Sequence record: SRR20825019_253
Strand: one strand, 5' to 3'
DNA length: 39,498 nt
The notes under the pieces: model-generated
The model's input: the letters and a program-made list of their open reading frames with translations, nothing else
Told to the model about the DNA's origin: nothing
Database searches by the model: none
Position numbers and translations under genes: made by a program
Part shown: positions 29,433-39,458 of the stretch, in pieces
Numbering within the stretch: the first letter of the stretch is position 1
Layout of the letters: every line of letters starts with the position of its first letter

Positions 29433-31379
29433 ATGACTGATAAACAGGTTTATCCGGTAAGTCCGGACGTGGCCAAACGGGCCCTGCTAAACCGGGATCA
29501 GTACGAGAAGATGTACCAACAGTCGGTGAATGACCCGGAGACCTTCTGGGCTGAACACGGCAAGCGACTGGACTGGATCAAGCCCTTCTCGAAGGTGAAA
29601 AATACCACCTACGACTACGACAACCTATCCATCAAATGGTTTGAAGACGGCCAACTGAACGCCGCCGCTAACTGCCTGGACCGTCACCTGGAAAAGCGCG
29701 GTGATCAGACGGCCATCATTTTCGAGGGCGACGCCCCGGCCGATTCCCGCAACGTGACCTACCGCGAACTGTACGAAGAAACCTGTAAGTTCGCGAACGT
29801 TCTGAAAGATCAGGGCGTCAAGAAGGGCGATGTTGTCACTATCTACATGCCCATGATTGTTGAAACGGGTGTTGCCATGCTGGCCTGTGCCCGCATCGGC
29901 GCTATCCATTCTGTTGTCTTCGGCGGGTTTTCTCCGGAAGCACTGGGTGCCCGGATTGCTAATGGTAAATCCCGATTCGTGGTAACGGCTGATGAAGGTG
30001 TCCGCGGCGGCCGCAAGATTCCTCTCAAGAAAAACGTCGACGCTGCGTTGAGTAAGGAAGCCGGCGCAGATGTGGACAAGGTTATCGTGGTCAAGCGTAC
30101 CGGCGGTGATGTGCCCTGGAAAGACGGTCGTGACGAGAGTTACGAGGAGCTGATGAAGGGCGCGTCCACGGATTGCCCTGCAGAACCCATGAACGCCGAA
30201 GATCCGCTGTTCATGCTGTACACCTCCGGCTCCACTGGCGCCCCGAAAGGCGTATTGCATACCACCGGTGGCTACATGGTCTTTACCTCCATGACCCACG
30301 AATACGTCTTCGATTACCACGATGGCGACGTCTACTGGTGTACGGCGGACTTTGGCTGGGTCACCGGTCACAGCTACATTCTGTACGGCCCGCTTGCCAA
30401 TGGTGCTGTTACCGTCCTGTTTGAAGGTGTACCCAACTACCCGGATACCTCCCGTATGGGTCAGGTGGTGGACAAGCACAAGGTCAATATCCTGTACACC
30501 GCACCTACCGCCATCCGTGCCTTGATGGCCGAAGGTGAGTCCTGCATGAACGGCACCACCCGCGACAGTTTGCGCCTGCTGGGTTCGGTGGGTGAGCCGA
30601 TCAACCCGGAAGCCTGGGAGTGGTACCATCGCGTAATCGGTAACAGCAAGTGCCCGATTGTGGACACCTGGTGGCAGACGGAAACTGGCGGCATCCTGAT
30701 TTCGCCGCTGCCGGGCGCCATCGATCTGAAACCGGGTTCCGCGACTGTGCCGTTCTTCGGCGTCAAGCCGGCACTGGTGGATAATGACGGCAATATCCTG
30801 GAAGGCAAGACTGAGGGCAACCTGGTGATCCTGGACAGCTGGCCTGGCCAGATGCGCACCATCTACGGTGATCATGAGCGCTTCAAGCAAACCTACTTCA
30901 GTACCTACAAGGGAATGTACTTTACTGGCGACGGTGCCCGTCGTGATGAAGACGGCTACTACTGGATCACCGGCCGGGTGGACGATGTTCTGAACGTGTC
31001 CGGCCACCGCCTGGGGACCGCTGAGGTTGAGAGCGCCCTGGTAGCCCACAACAAGGTTGCCGAAGCAGCTGTGGTTGGTTACCCCCACGAAATCAAGGGG
31101 CAGGGCATTTATGTCTATGTAACCCTGGTTCATGGCGAGGAACCCAGCGACGAGTTGAAGAAGGAACTGGTCCAGTGGGTGCGCAAGGAAATCGGGCCGA
31201 TTGCGTCTCCGGACGTAATTCAGTGGGCGCCTGGACTGCCCAAGACTCGTTCTGGCAAGATTATGCGTCGTATTTTGCGTAAAATCGCATCCAATGAGCA
31301 CGATCAGCTGGGCGACACCTCCACTCTGGCGGACCCGGGCGTGGTGGATGACCTGATAAGCGGTCGTGCGAACAAGTAA
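29433..31379 (+). CDS. acs: Acetyl-CoA synthetase
   Basis: [37 protein letters not shown]. Confidence 0.97.
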   Translation: MTDKQVYPVSPDVAKRALLNRDQYEKMYQQSVNDPETFWAEHGKRLDWIKPFSKVKNTTYDYDNLSIKWFEDGQLNAAANCLDRHLEKRGDQTAIIFEGDAPADSRNVTYRELYEETCKFANVLKDQGVKKGDVVTIYMPMIVETGVAMLACARIGAIHSVVFGGFSPEALGARIANGKSRFVVTADEGVRGGRKIPLKKNVDAALSKEAGADVDKVIVVKRTGGDVPWKDGRDESYEELMKGASTDCPAEPMNAEDPLFMLYTSGSTGAPKGVLHTTGGYMVFTSMTHEYVFDYHDGDVYWCTADFGWVTGHSYILYGPLANGAVTVLFEGVPNYPDTSRMGQVVDKHKVNILYTAPTAIRALMAEGESCMNGTTRDSLRLLGSVGEPINPEAWEWYHRVIGNSKCPIVDTWWQTETGGILISPLPGAIDLKPGSATVPFFGVKPALVDNDGNILEGKTEGNLVILDSWPGQMRTIYGDHERFKQTYFSTYKGMYFTGDGARRDEDGYYWITGRVDDVLNVSGHRLGTAEVESALVAHNKVAEAAVVGYPHEIKGQGIYVYVTLVHGEEPSDELKKELVQWVRKEIGPIASPDVIQWAPGLPKTRSGKIMRRILRKIASNEHDQLGDTSTLADPGVVDDLISGRANK

Positions 31380-31423
31380 GGCCTGCTTGCTATCAGGCTG
31401 TGACCCTGTGAGGAATCTGTTGA

Positions 31424-32089
31424 ATGACACAAACTATTATCGTCGCCGATGATCACCCGCTGTTTCGGGCAGCTCTGAAACAGGCGGTCAGTCAGGCGGT
31501 ACCTGATGCCAAGACAGTGGAAGTGGACAGCATCAAGGCGCTGCAGGCGGCGGTAGAGTCGCATCCGGATGCGGATCTGGTGTTGCTGGATCTGAACATG
31601 CCGGGCGCCCACGGCTTTTCGGGGCTCGTGTTCATGCGCGGGCAGTACCCCGGCCTGCCAGTGGTGGTGGTGTCAGGATCGGAAGAAATGCAGGTGATGC
31701 GCCGTTCGATCGACTACGGGGCGTCGGGCTTTATTCCGAAGTCGGCGCCTCTGCCAACCATCACCGAGGCGATTCAGGCAGTCCTGGAAGGAGACGTCTG
31801 GTTGCCGGAGGGTGTGGCGGACAAGATCGAGCGGATGCATTCGGACATGACGGACTTCTCCGAAAAACTGGCGTCACTGACGCCGCAGCAGTTCCGGGTG
31901 CTGGGTATGCTGGCTGAGGGGCTTTTGAACAAACAGATCGCTTATGATCTGGACGTCTCAGAGGCTACCATCAAGGCCCATATCACGGCGGTGTTCCGGA
32001 AGCTGGGGGTTCGCAACCGGACCCAGGCGGTAATTGCGATCCAGCAAATGGAGATAGATCCTTCGGATACGTCGTTGTCTGGTAGCTGA
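31424..32089 (+). CDS. NarL/LuxR-family response regulator, ErdR/CrbR-like
   Basis: ADDHPLFR, LLDLNMPGAHGFSGL, GASGFIPKS, LTPQQFRVL, LLNKQIAY. Adjacent to acs. Confidence 0.85.
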   Translation: MTQTIIVADDHPLFRAALKQAVSQAVPDAKTVEVDSIKALQAAVESHPDADLVLLDLNMPGAHGFSGLVFMRGQYPGLPVVVVSGSEEMQVMRRSIDYGASGFIPKSAPLPTITEAIQAVLEGDVWLPEGVADKIERMHSDMTDFSEKLASLTPQQFRVLGMLAEGLLNKQIAYDLDVSEATIKAHITAVFRKLGVRNRTQAVIAIQQMEIDPSDTSLSGS

Positions 32090-32114
32090 TTGGCCCAGAG
32101 GTTCTATTGAATTG

Positions 32115-32156
32115 AAAAAGCGGAAATCCCTGCGAATGGGATTTCCGCTTTTTTTT
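32115..32156. terminator. Bidirectional Rho-independent terminator
   Basis: AAAAAGCGGAAATCCC-N7-GGGATTTCCGCTTTTTTTT between convergent genes. Confidence 0.9.
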
Positions 32157-32172
32157 GTTTGAGCGGGCGTGC

Positions 32173-33156
32173 TCACTTTTTACTGGCATACCCCAATTTC
32201 TTATCCACCAGATTGAACAGCTCCTCACCCTGATGCCAGCGGTCCAGGTTCTCCAGGAACTGGTCGGTCAGCGCCCGTTTCCAGCCGATAAAATCGCCAG
32301 ACATGTGGGCGGTCATGATGACATTTTCCATATCCCAGAGCGGATGATCCGCCGGTAGGGGTTCTTCCTCGAACACGTCTAGCGCCGCGCCAGCGATGTC
32401 GCCGTTATTCAGGGCGGCAATCAGGTCGTCGGTTTTCACCACGGGCCCGCGACCAATGTTGATCAGGCGGGCGGACTTGCGCATGGCCTTGAAGGCTTTT
32501 TCGTTGAATAGGCCTTCGGTCTGGGGGGTCAGTGGGGCGGCGATGACTACGAAATCCGCCAGGCCCAGTTGCTCGGTGAGGTCGTCATTGCCGTGAACCG
32601 CGACAAAATCCGGATCGTCGTGGCGGGGTTTGCGGGCAATACCGTGGGGTTTCAGGCCGGCGGCCTTGCATAGCCGGGCAATCTGCCCGCCGATGGAACC
32701 GGCGCCAACGATCAGTACCTGTTTGCCTTCAGCTCTTTCGGTGTCCCGGTGCTGCCATTTGTGCTCTGCCTGCAGGCGCAGGGAGCGGGGAAAATCCTTG
32801 GCGAACATCAGAATCGTGCACAGCACGTACTCGGCAATGGTGCGGTCGAAGATGCCCCGGGCGTTGGTCACGGTGACATCGCCTTCAATAAGGTCCGGGA
32901 ACATCAAGGCATCCACGCCGGCACTGGTGGCGTGGATCCACTGCAGTTTGTCCGCTGACGGCCAGGCGGCGGCCAGGGCCTCGGTACGAAAGTCCGTCAC
33001 CATCATTACGTCGGTGCCCGGCAAGGTGTCCCGCAGAGTGGGCTCGTCAGAGGCAAAGCGAACCTCTGCTCGTGCCCGCAGGGCATCCATGCCAGGAGGC
33101 TCGTTTTCACCGGGTGCTGTCAGAACGGTTACAACCGGTTTGCTGTGTTGGGTCAT
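32173..33156 (-). CDS. D-2-hydroxyacid dehydrogenase family protein
   Basis: SAGVD, TNARG, GAGSIG, INIGRG, LDVFEEEPLP, TAHMSG. Confidence 0.92.
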   Translation of the reverse strand: MTQHSKPVVTVLTAPGENEPPGMDALRARAEVRFASDEPTLRDTLPGTDVMMVTDFRTEALAAAWPSADKLQWIHATSAGVDALMFPDLIEGDVTVTNARGIFDRTIAEYVLCTILMFAKDFPRSLRLQAEHKWQHRDTERAEGKQVLIVGAGSIGGQIARLCKAAGLKPHGIARKPRHDDPDFVAVHGNDDLTEQLGLADFVVIAAPLTPQTEGLFNEKAFKAMRKSARLINIGRGPVVKTDDLIAALNNGDIAGAALDVFEEEPLPADHPLWDMENVIMTAHMSGDFIGWKRALTDQFLENLDRWHQGEELFNLVDKKLGYASKK

Positions 33157-33415
33157 CTGTCCTCCGCCAATGCAGTTTGTCCGCGTCCGGCCGCGGGAAT
33201 CGACAGTCCGGATGTCGAGTCTACAGTCTGGTATCTGAGCCTGAACTGGTCAACCTGACCCCATATAAGATAAAGGTCGTAGCCCTTGTTATAGCGGGTA
33301 CTACGGCGTTTCGTTCCGGTAATCCAATCTTTCTGTTTTATGTCTTGTACGGCCCCTGTTTACTGACTAACCTGCAGGAGTAGCTACTATTTTGCCCCGC
33401 GTCCAGGAGGTGTTT

Positions 33416-34642
33416 ATGGCAGAAGCCGCCAATCGAGAAACCGGCCAGACCAAACCGCGTAAAGTGAAATACCGGAAGAACAAGGCCAGTTGGAACCCGG
33501 CGATGCAGGCGGTTCCGGTGCCGGGCATTCGTCGCATGGTGAATATGGCGGCCACCATGAAGGATGTCATTCATCTTTCCATCGGTCAGCCGGATTTGCC
33601 AACCCCCAAGCATGTCATTGACGCTTATATTGACGCGCTCAATGCCGGGCAGACGGGGTACACCATGGACGCGGGCCTGCCCGAGTTATTGGTTGCCCTG
33701 CGGGATTACTACGGCGCACGCTACGATCGCAAGCTGACCCGGGACAACATCCTGATCACCAGCGGGGCGACCGAGGCGATGTACCTGGCGATTTCGGCGA
33801 CGTCTGCGCCAGGCCGGCAGTTCATCGTGACTGACCCGTCGTTCCTGCTTTACGCACCGCTGATTCGCATGAACGGTGGTGAGGTCAAGTTTGTGCCCAC
33901 CCGGGCGGATAACGACCACCAGTTGGATCCGGACGAAGTAATCCGGGCCATGGGACCGCGCACGTTTGCGCTGATCCTGAACAACCCCAATAACCCCACC
34001 GGGGCCGTATACCCCCGCACTACCGTCGAGACCATTCTGGAAGAGTGCGCCTACCGGGGAATCCAGGTATACGCCGACGAGGTCTATGATCACCTCATCT
34101 TTGACGATGACGACTTCGCCAGTGTATTGAACTGCTCAATGGACCTGGACAACATCATGTGCATCAGCAGCTTCTCGAAGACCTACAGTATGGCCGGGTT
34201 GCGGGTAGGTTGGGTGATTGCAAGCCAGGCGGCGATCAAGTCGCTGCGGCGTTTTCACATGTTCACCACCTCTGTCGCCAACACGCCGTCCCAGTTCGCG
34301 GGCGTCGCGGCACTCACCGGAGACCAGCAATGCGTCAAGAACATGGTGGACATCTACCGTGAACGCCGCGACAAGGTGGTGGAATTGGTCGACCAGACAC
34401 CGTATCTGACAGGGTACAAACCCGGTGGCGCCTTCTTTGCGTTCCCGGATTTGCCGCCCCACGTGGACGGCTCCGATCTGGCGCTGCGAATGCTCAAGGA
34501 AACGGGTGTTTGCCTGGTGCCGGGAGATGCCTTCGGGGAAGGGTGCACGAACGCCGTTCGGATCAGTTTCTCGACCACGTGCGAGAAACTGGATGAAGCC
34601 TTCGACCGGATCATCCCCTGGATGGCCAAGCAGCAGTTCTGA
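33416..34642 (+). CDS. Class I/II PLP-dependent aminotransferase
   Basis: IGQPD, NNPNNPTG, DEVY, SFSKTYSMAGLRVG. ATG 33416 follows AGGAGG. Confidence 0.92.
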   Translation: MAEAANRETGQTKPRKVKYRKNKASWNPAMQAVPVPGIRRMVNMAATMKDVIHLSIGQPDLPTPKHVIDAYIDALNAGQTGYTMDAGLPELLVALRDYYGARYDRKLTRDNILITSGATEAMYLAISATSAPGRQFIVTDPSFLLYAPLIRMNGGEVKFVPTRADNDHQLDPDEVIRAMGPRTFALILNNPNNPTGAVYPRTTVETILEECAYRGIQVYADEVYDHLIFDDDDFASVLNCSMDLDNIMCISSFSKTYSMAGLRVGWVIASQAAIKSLRRFHMFTTSVANTPSQFAGVAALTGDQQCVKNMVDIYRERRDKVVELVDQTPYLTGYKPGGAFFAFPDLPPHVDGSDLALRMLKETGVCLVPGDAFGEGCTNAVRISFSTTCEKLDEAFDRIIPWMAKQQF

Positions 34643-34647
34643 TCGTC

Positions 34648-34839
34648 ATGTCGGCTCTGGACTCAGTGCTTGTGCAATGCCCCTACTGTTGGGAGACGCT
34701 GGATCTCAGCGTCGACCCTTCGGTGGAAGATCAGGAGTACGTGGAGGATTGCCAGGTGTGCTGTCAGCCCATCCTGGTCCACGTGGTCCTCGACGAGAAC
34801 CTGACCCCCTCCGTGACTGTCCGGGCCGAGAACGAATAA
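34648..34839 (+). CDS. CPXCG-motif cysteine-rich small protein
   Basis: CPYCWE...YVEDCQVCCQPI. Begins 5 nt after the aminotransferase stop. Confidence 0.82.
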   Translation: MSALDSVLVQCPYCWETLDLSVDPSVEDQEYVEDCQVCCQPILVHVVLDENLTPSVTVRAENE

Positions 34840-34842
34840 CCG

Positions 34843-34872
34843 CCCGCCAACCTTCGGCGGGGTCTATTTATT
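34843..34872 (+). terminator. Possible terminator after the CPXCG gene
   Basis: CCCGCC-N7-GGCGGG followed by gtctatttatt. Confidence 0.45.
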
Positions 34873-34955
34873 CCTGAACGATGATTAACCTGCCCGGCTT
34901 GCCCGGGCAGCCACCTTGGCTCAGGATAGGAGGAACTGCAAAGGAGAGTCTTTCG

Positions 34956-35525
34956 ATGGTCAACGCATCAACCCGCCTGTTTTCGGCCGTTATTCTGTTA
35001 TCCATGTTTGTGCTAGGCGGCTGTGCCAGCCTGTCACCCTATTCCATTTCCGAAGCGACGTTGGAGCGCCACTTTCAGGATACCGTCAGTGACTTTGATC
35101 GCCGGCAGCTGCAGAGCGGGTCGCCACTTAGCCTGAGTCTGAGCAATGCGGACATTACCCTTGGCCCGGATGGCCGTGACGTGGCTGTCATTGACCTGAG
35201 AGGGCAGGTCGCCCTGAATGCGCTGATGGCAAAGCTGCCAGTCGATATTGCCCTGAAAGTGGAAGGAGCGCCTGTTTACGACAGTAAGGAGAAAGCGATC
35301 TACATTCGGCGGCTGCAACTGTTGGAAAGCAGTATCGATTCGTCGTTTTTCAAAGGGGATCTCAAACCGGTTACGGATAACGTCATGAGGGTGGTTGCCC
35401 AGATGCTGGAAACCATGCCGGTGTATCGGCTGGATGAAGCGGACTTCACCCAGCGAATGTTCGGTATGGTGCCCATGGACGTGAGGGTTGCGCCCGGGCG
35501 GCTGGAATTTGTTATGGCCGAGTAA
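34956..35525 (+). CDS. DUF1439 (YceB-like) lipoprotein
   Basis: Signal peptide with lipobox LGGC, Y.ISE, P.YD..E.AIY, PVYRL. ATG 34956 follows AAGGAG. Confidence 0.78.
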   Translation: MVNASTRLFSAVILLSMFVLGGCASLSPYSISEATLERHFQDTVSDFDRRQLQSGSPLSLSLSNADITLGPDGRDVAVIDLRGQVALNALMAKLPVDIALKVEGAPVYDSKEKAIYIRRLQLLESSIDSSFFKGDLKPVTDNVMRVVAQMLETMPVYRLDEADFTQRMFGMVPMDVRVAPGRLEFVMAE

Positions 35526-36678
35526 GTGATTCCAGGCGCTCGCGCACGGCGGCGCCGATTTCCTGTGTACCCCTGGATTTGCCGGCGTTCTCCGCCAGAT
35601 CAGCGGCTACTGCGTCAAACAATTCCCGCCCGGCCGCGGCCACAGCCGGGTCTTTCCGCCCCAGCCACTCCAGCATGCGTGCCGTGGTGAACAGCATTGC
35701 TGTGGGGTCGGCCAGGCCCTGGCCGGCAATATCCGGTGCGCTGCCATGGGTCGGCTCGAACATTGAGGGCATGCCGTTTTCGTCGGGGTTCAGGTTGCAG
35801 GAGGGCGCCACGCCCATGCCGCCGGACAATACGGCTGCCAGGTCGGTCAGGATGTCACCCTGCAGGTTGCTGGCCACCACCACATCGAACGCCCAGGGCG
35901 CCTGAACGAACTTCATGCAGGCCGCATCCACCAGTTCGTGGTGCGTTGCTACGTCGGGGTACTGTTTCGCCATTTCTTCGAAGGCTTCGGTGTACATGTC
36001 GCCCCAATAGCGCAGGGCATTGCGTTTGGTCACGATGCACACCTGGCTTTCGCAGGTTTTACCGTCCAGAGTACGGAAGTGTCGGGTGCGGCCTTCTTCG
36101 GCGCGTGCGGCGGCTCGCAGGCGGGCCTGCTCGAAGCCATAGCGGATAATCCGGTCGGTCGCCCGGCGGGTGAATACTTCCATCTGGGTAGCCACTTCAT
36201 CCGGTGCGCCCTTACGGAGCCGCCCGCCCTGGCTAACGTACTCGCCCTCGCTGTTTTCTCGAATCACCAGCATGTCGATGTCTTTAGCGCGCTCATCCGC
36301 CAGATACTGACGGGCACCGGGAAGCAGTCTGGCGGGCCGTTCGCAAACCCACTGATCAAATCCCTTGCGCATGTCCAGCAGGGGGGCCAGGGAGATGCTG
36401 TCTGGCAGCAGGTAACGGTCAGGGTCGTCGACCGGGCCGGGGTCGCCCAGGGCACCCAACAGAATCGCATCATAGGACTTTAATTGGTCCAGAGCATCAG
36501 CCGGCATGGATTCGCCATTCTCTTCGTGCCAGGCATGGGATGGCCAGGGAAAGCGTGTCCACTCCATCGGCAAATCGTGTCGTTTGCGCAGGGTCTCCAG
36601 GCAGTGTACCGCCTCGGCAACCACTTCAGGACCGATGCCATCACCGGGGGTCACCGCAATTCGGGTTTTCTGGGCCAT
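35512..36678 (-). CDS. Tartrate/isopropylmalate/D-malate-type beta-decarboxylating dehydrogenase
   Basis: PGDGIGPEV, IRENSEGEY, NLQGDILTDL, FEPTHGSAPDIAG. Confidence 0.88.
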   Translation of the reverse strand: MAQKTRIAVTPGDGIGPEVVAEAVHCLETLRKRHDLPMEWTRFPWPSHAWHEENGESMPADALDQLKSYDAILLGALGDPGPVDDPDRYLLPDSISLAPLLDMRKGFDQWVCERPARLLPGARQYLADERAKDIDMLVIRENSEGEYVSQGGRLRKGAPDEVATQMEVFTRRATDRIIRYGFEQARLRAAARAEEGRTRHFRTLDGKTCESQVCIVTKRNALRYWGDMYTEAFEEMAKQYPDVATHHELVDAACMKFVQAPWAFDVVVASNLQGDILTDLAAVLSGGMGVAPSCNLNPDENGMPSMFEPTHGSAPDIAGQGLADPTAMLFTTARMLEWLGRKDPAVAAAGRELFDAVAADLAENAGKSRGTQEIGAAVRERLESLTRP

Positions 36679-36840
36679 TCCGGATACTCCTTCCTGTTGC
36701 TGTGATCGTAGAGTCAGTCGTGTGATTCAGTGTAGTCATGTGCCATGGGGATTCCACACCATTTAATCCCTCGTTTGTTTTACCAGTTATGGATTGCTGG
36801 TTATAGTGCTGTGGTTGACTAATTTTACTGAGGATTTGCC

Positions 36841-37197
36841 TTGTTCTATCGCCTGATTACCGTCGTTGGCGGACTGTTGTTTGTCATCATCCTGTTCGCG
36901 CTGATCTGGTTCTTCTGCAAACAGTTCCTGCTTCGCCATGGCGTCAAGGAGCAGGTATCTGATCGCGCCACAGTGCTGGCCACCTGGACATTTGCGGGCG
37001 TCAGTGTGGGGCTGGTGTTTGCGGTGTTGGGTGCCTTTATTCTTGGCCCCTGGGCGTTCTATCGCACCTTGCGCGGACATGACACTGAAGTGTCCGACGG
37101 CGCTGCAATCTGGTGGGGCTTCGGTATTGTTGTGGCGTCACTGGGCATTACCGCCGCCGGATTTCTTGGTTTCCTGAAACTGGTGGGGGCCTACTGA
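36841..37197 (+). CDS. Hypothetical membrane protein (about 3 TM)
   Basis: Three hydrophobic stretches. TTG start after GAGG. Confidence 0.7.
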   Translation: MFYRLITVVGGLLFVIILFALIWFFCKQFLLRHGVKEQVSDRATVLATWTFAGVSVGLVFAVLGAFILGPWAFYRTLRGHDTEVSDGAAIWWGFGIVVASLGITAAGFLGFLKLVGAY

Positions 37198-37210
37198 TAG
37201 ATAGAAGCAC

Positions 37211-38104
37211 TTACACGACGCTGGCCAACTGCTCCCGGAACCAGATGAGCGCTGGCTCCCTTTCATAGGCCTTGTGCCAGTATAGATGCACATCGATACC
37301 GGGCAGGTCCACCGGAGTGGTCAGAATATCGATGTCAGCCCGTTCCGCGATGATCCGCGCGTAGTTTTCCGGCATGGTCAGCAACAGGTCGGTTCCCTCA
37401 GCCACCCGGCAGGCGGCGTAGTAGTGCTGGCATCGCAGGCGAATGTTTCGCTGCACTCCGAACCGCGACAGCTCAAAGTCCTCAATGCCGGGGCCCTCCG
37501 ACCGGGACGAAACCAGTACATGCTTGGCTTCGAGATACTTGTCCAAGGTCAGGCCGCCGCCGGTAAGCGGGTGGCCCTTTCTCGCCAGCACCACCAACCT
37601 GTCGTGTCGCAATAGTTCATGGCCCGTCTGATTGCTGACCGGCAACAGCACGTCCACCGCAAAATCCAGTTTGCCCGCTGCCAGCTGGGTTTCCATGTCC
37701 CGCCGGGGTACCCGCTGGCTGATGATCTCCAGTTCGGGGTAGCTTTCCAGTCGGCCCATCAGTTTGGGCAGGAACGTCGACTCGAGGATGTCCCGCAAGG
37801 CCAGCGAATAGGTTTTGCGCTGATTGGCCGGGTCGAAGGCGTGGAACTGGTTCACCGCACTGTGTATCTGGGTCAGCCCCGGGCGCATGGACTCCAGGAA
37901 ACGACGGGCCAGGGGAGTGGGCACCATCTGGTTGCCCTGACGGCTGAACAAGGGGTCATCAAAATGCTCCCGCAGACGTGACAGGGAATGGCTGACCGCC
38001 GGCTGGGTGAGGTGGAGGGCCCGGGCGGCGCGGGTCAGACTGCCCTCCCGGTAGATGGTGTCGAATACATGCAGCAGGTTCAGGTCCAGTCGATTCAGTG
38101 CCAT
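37211..38104 (-). CDS. LysR-family transcriptional regulator
   Basis: LDLNLL..F...SLTRAA..LHLTQPAVS.SL.RLR.F.DPLF. RBS GGGGAG lies 6 nt before ATG 38104. Confidence 0.94.
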   Translation of the reverse strand: MALNRLDLNLLHVFDTIYREGSLTRAARALHLTQPAVSHSLSRLREHFDDPLFSRQGNQMVPTPLARRFLESMRPGLTQIHSAVNQFHAFDPANQRKTYSLALRDILESTFLPKLMGRLESYPELEIISQRVPRRDMETQLAAGKLDFAVDVLLPVSNQTGHELLRHDRLVVLARKGHPLTGGGLTLDKYLEAKHVLVSSRSEGPGIEDFELSRFGVQRNIRLRCQHYYAACRVAEGTDLLLTMPENYARIIAERADIDILTTPVDLPGIDVHLYWHKAYEREPALIWFREQLASVV

Positions 38105-38123
38105 AAGCATCTCCCCTTCGCGA

Positions 38124-38138
38124 ATAAGCCAGTCTTAT
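38124..38138. promoter_or_regulatory. LysR recognition box
   Basis: ATAAG-N5-CTTAT dyad containing T-N11-A, in the divergent spacer. Confidence 0.7.
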
Positions 38139-38224
38139 GATAAATGATAAGAATTATTCAGTCGCGTAATAGTGGATAGAAAACTAGACTGGCTCGATAT
38201 CGGTCAAACCAAGAGGACATGGCA

Positions 38225-39436
38225 ATGGATTTCAGTATTTCCGAGAAGGGCCAGGACTATCTCAAGCGCGTCAAAACTTTCATGGAGGAAGAAATCTTCC
38301 CGATTGAAGAGCAGTACCATAAGGAACTGATGGCGCAGGAAAACCGCTGGGTGGTGTTGCCCATCATCAAGGAACTGAAAGCAAAGGCCAAAGCTCAGGG
38401 CCTGTGGAACATGTTCTTCCCGGATGAGAAATACGGGTGTGGGCTTCTCAACTCCGACTATGCCTTGATTGCCGAAGAAACTGGCCGCAGCTTCATTGCC
38501 CCGGAAATCTTCAACTGCAACGCGCCGGACACCGGCAATATGGAAGTGCTGATCCACTACGGCTCCGAAGAGCAGAAAGCCGAGTGGCTGCCCCGTCTGC
38601 AAAGCGGTGAAGTACGCTCCGCTTTCTGCATGACAGAGCCAGCTGTGGCATCTTCAGACGCCACCAACATGGAAGCCACGGCCACTGTGGATGGCGACGA
38701 GGTTGTTCTCAACGGTCGCAAATGGTGGAGCACTGGCGTTGGCCACCCGGATTGCAAGGTTGCCATTTTCATGGGCCTGACCGATCCGGATGCCCACAAG
38801 CACCGCCGTCATTCCATGGTGTTGGTGCCGCTGGATACCCCTGGGGTCAAAATTGAGCGAATGCTGCCGGTGTTCGGCGCCTACGACGAGCCATACGGTC
38901 ACGGTGTTGTGTCCTTCGACAACGTGCGCCTGCCCAAGACTGCATTTATTGCGGGCCCCGGCCGTGGCTTCGAGATTGCCCAGGGCCGTCTTGGGCCGGG
39001 GCGTGTTCACCACTGTATGCGTGCCATCGGTGCGGCGGAGCGTACTCTGGAACTGATGATCAAAAGGGCGACCAGTCGTGAGGCTTTTGGTCGGCCGATC
39101 GCTAAACTGGGCGGTAATCCGGATGTGATTGCTAACGCCCGTATGGCGATAGAGCAGGCGCGTTTGCTGACGCTGAAATGCGCCTGGGCATTGGATACCA
39201 AGGGTATCTCTGGAGCCTTGCAGGAAGTGTCCATGATTAAGGCGGTGATTCCGAAGATGCTCCAGCAGATTGTGGACGATACGATTCAGATTCACGGTGG
39301 TGCGGGTGTCAGCGACGATGATTTCCCGCTGACTCAGTTGTTCGCCTATGCTCGGGTTTTGCGCCTGGCTGATGGCCCTGATGAGGTTCACCGTGCGATG
39401 GTTGCTCGTCTGGAGTTGGCTAAATACCGGAACTGA
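38225..39436 (+). CDS. Acyl-CoA dehydrogenase
   Basis: NCNAPDTGNME, FCMTEP..ASSDA, GRKWW, QGRLGPGRVHHCMR, LRLADGPDEVH. ATG 38225 has better RBS spacing than 38219. Confidence 0.94.
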   Translation: MDFSISEKGQDYLKRVKTFMEEEIFPIEEQYHKELMAQENRWVVLPIIKELKAKAKAQGLWNMFFPDEKYGCGLLNSDYALIAEETGRSFIAPEIFNCNAPDTGNMEVLIHYGSEEQKAEWLPRLQSGEVRSAFCMTEPAVASSDATNMEATATVDGDEVVLNGRKWWSTGVGHPDCKVAIFMGLTDPDAHKHRRHSMVLVPLDTPGVKIERMLPVFGAYDEPYGHGVVSFDNVRLPKTAFIAGPGRGFEIAQGRLGPGRVHHCMRAIGAAERTLELMIKRATSREAFGRPIAKLGGNPDVIANARMAIEQARLLTLKCAWALDTKGISGALQEVSMIKAVIPKMLQQIVDDTIQIHGGAGVSDDDFPLTQLFAYARVLRLADGPDEVHRAMVARLELAKYRN

Positions 39437-39458
39437 AGCTTGGGTGCCTGGGGACGGA

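Noticed and set aside
29625-31430. 601-aa ORF antisense to acs
   Set aside because: Shadow ORF in register with the codons of a strongly biased GC-rich gene, with no recognisable motifs.
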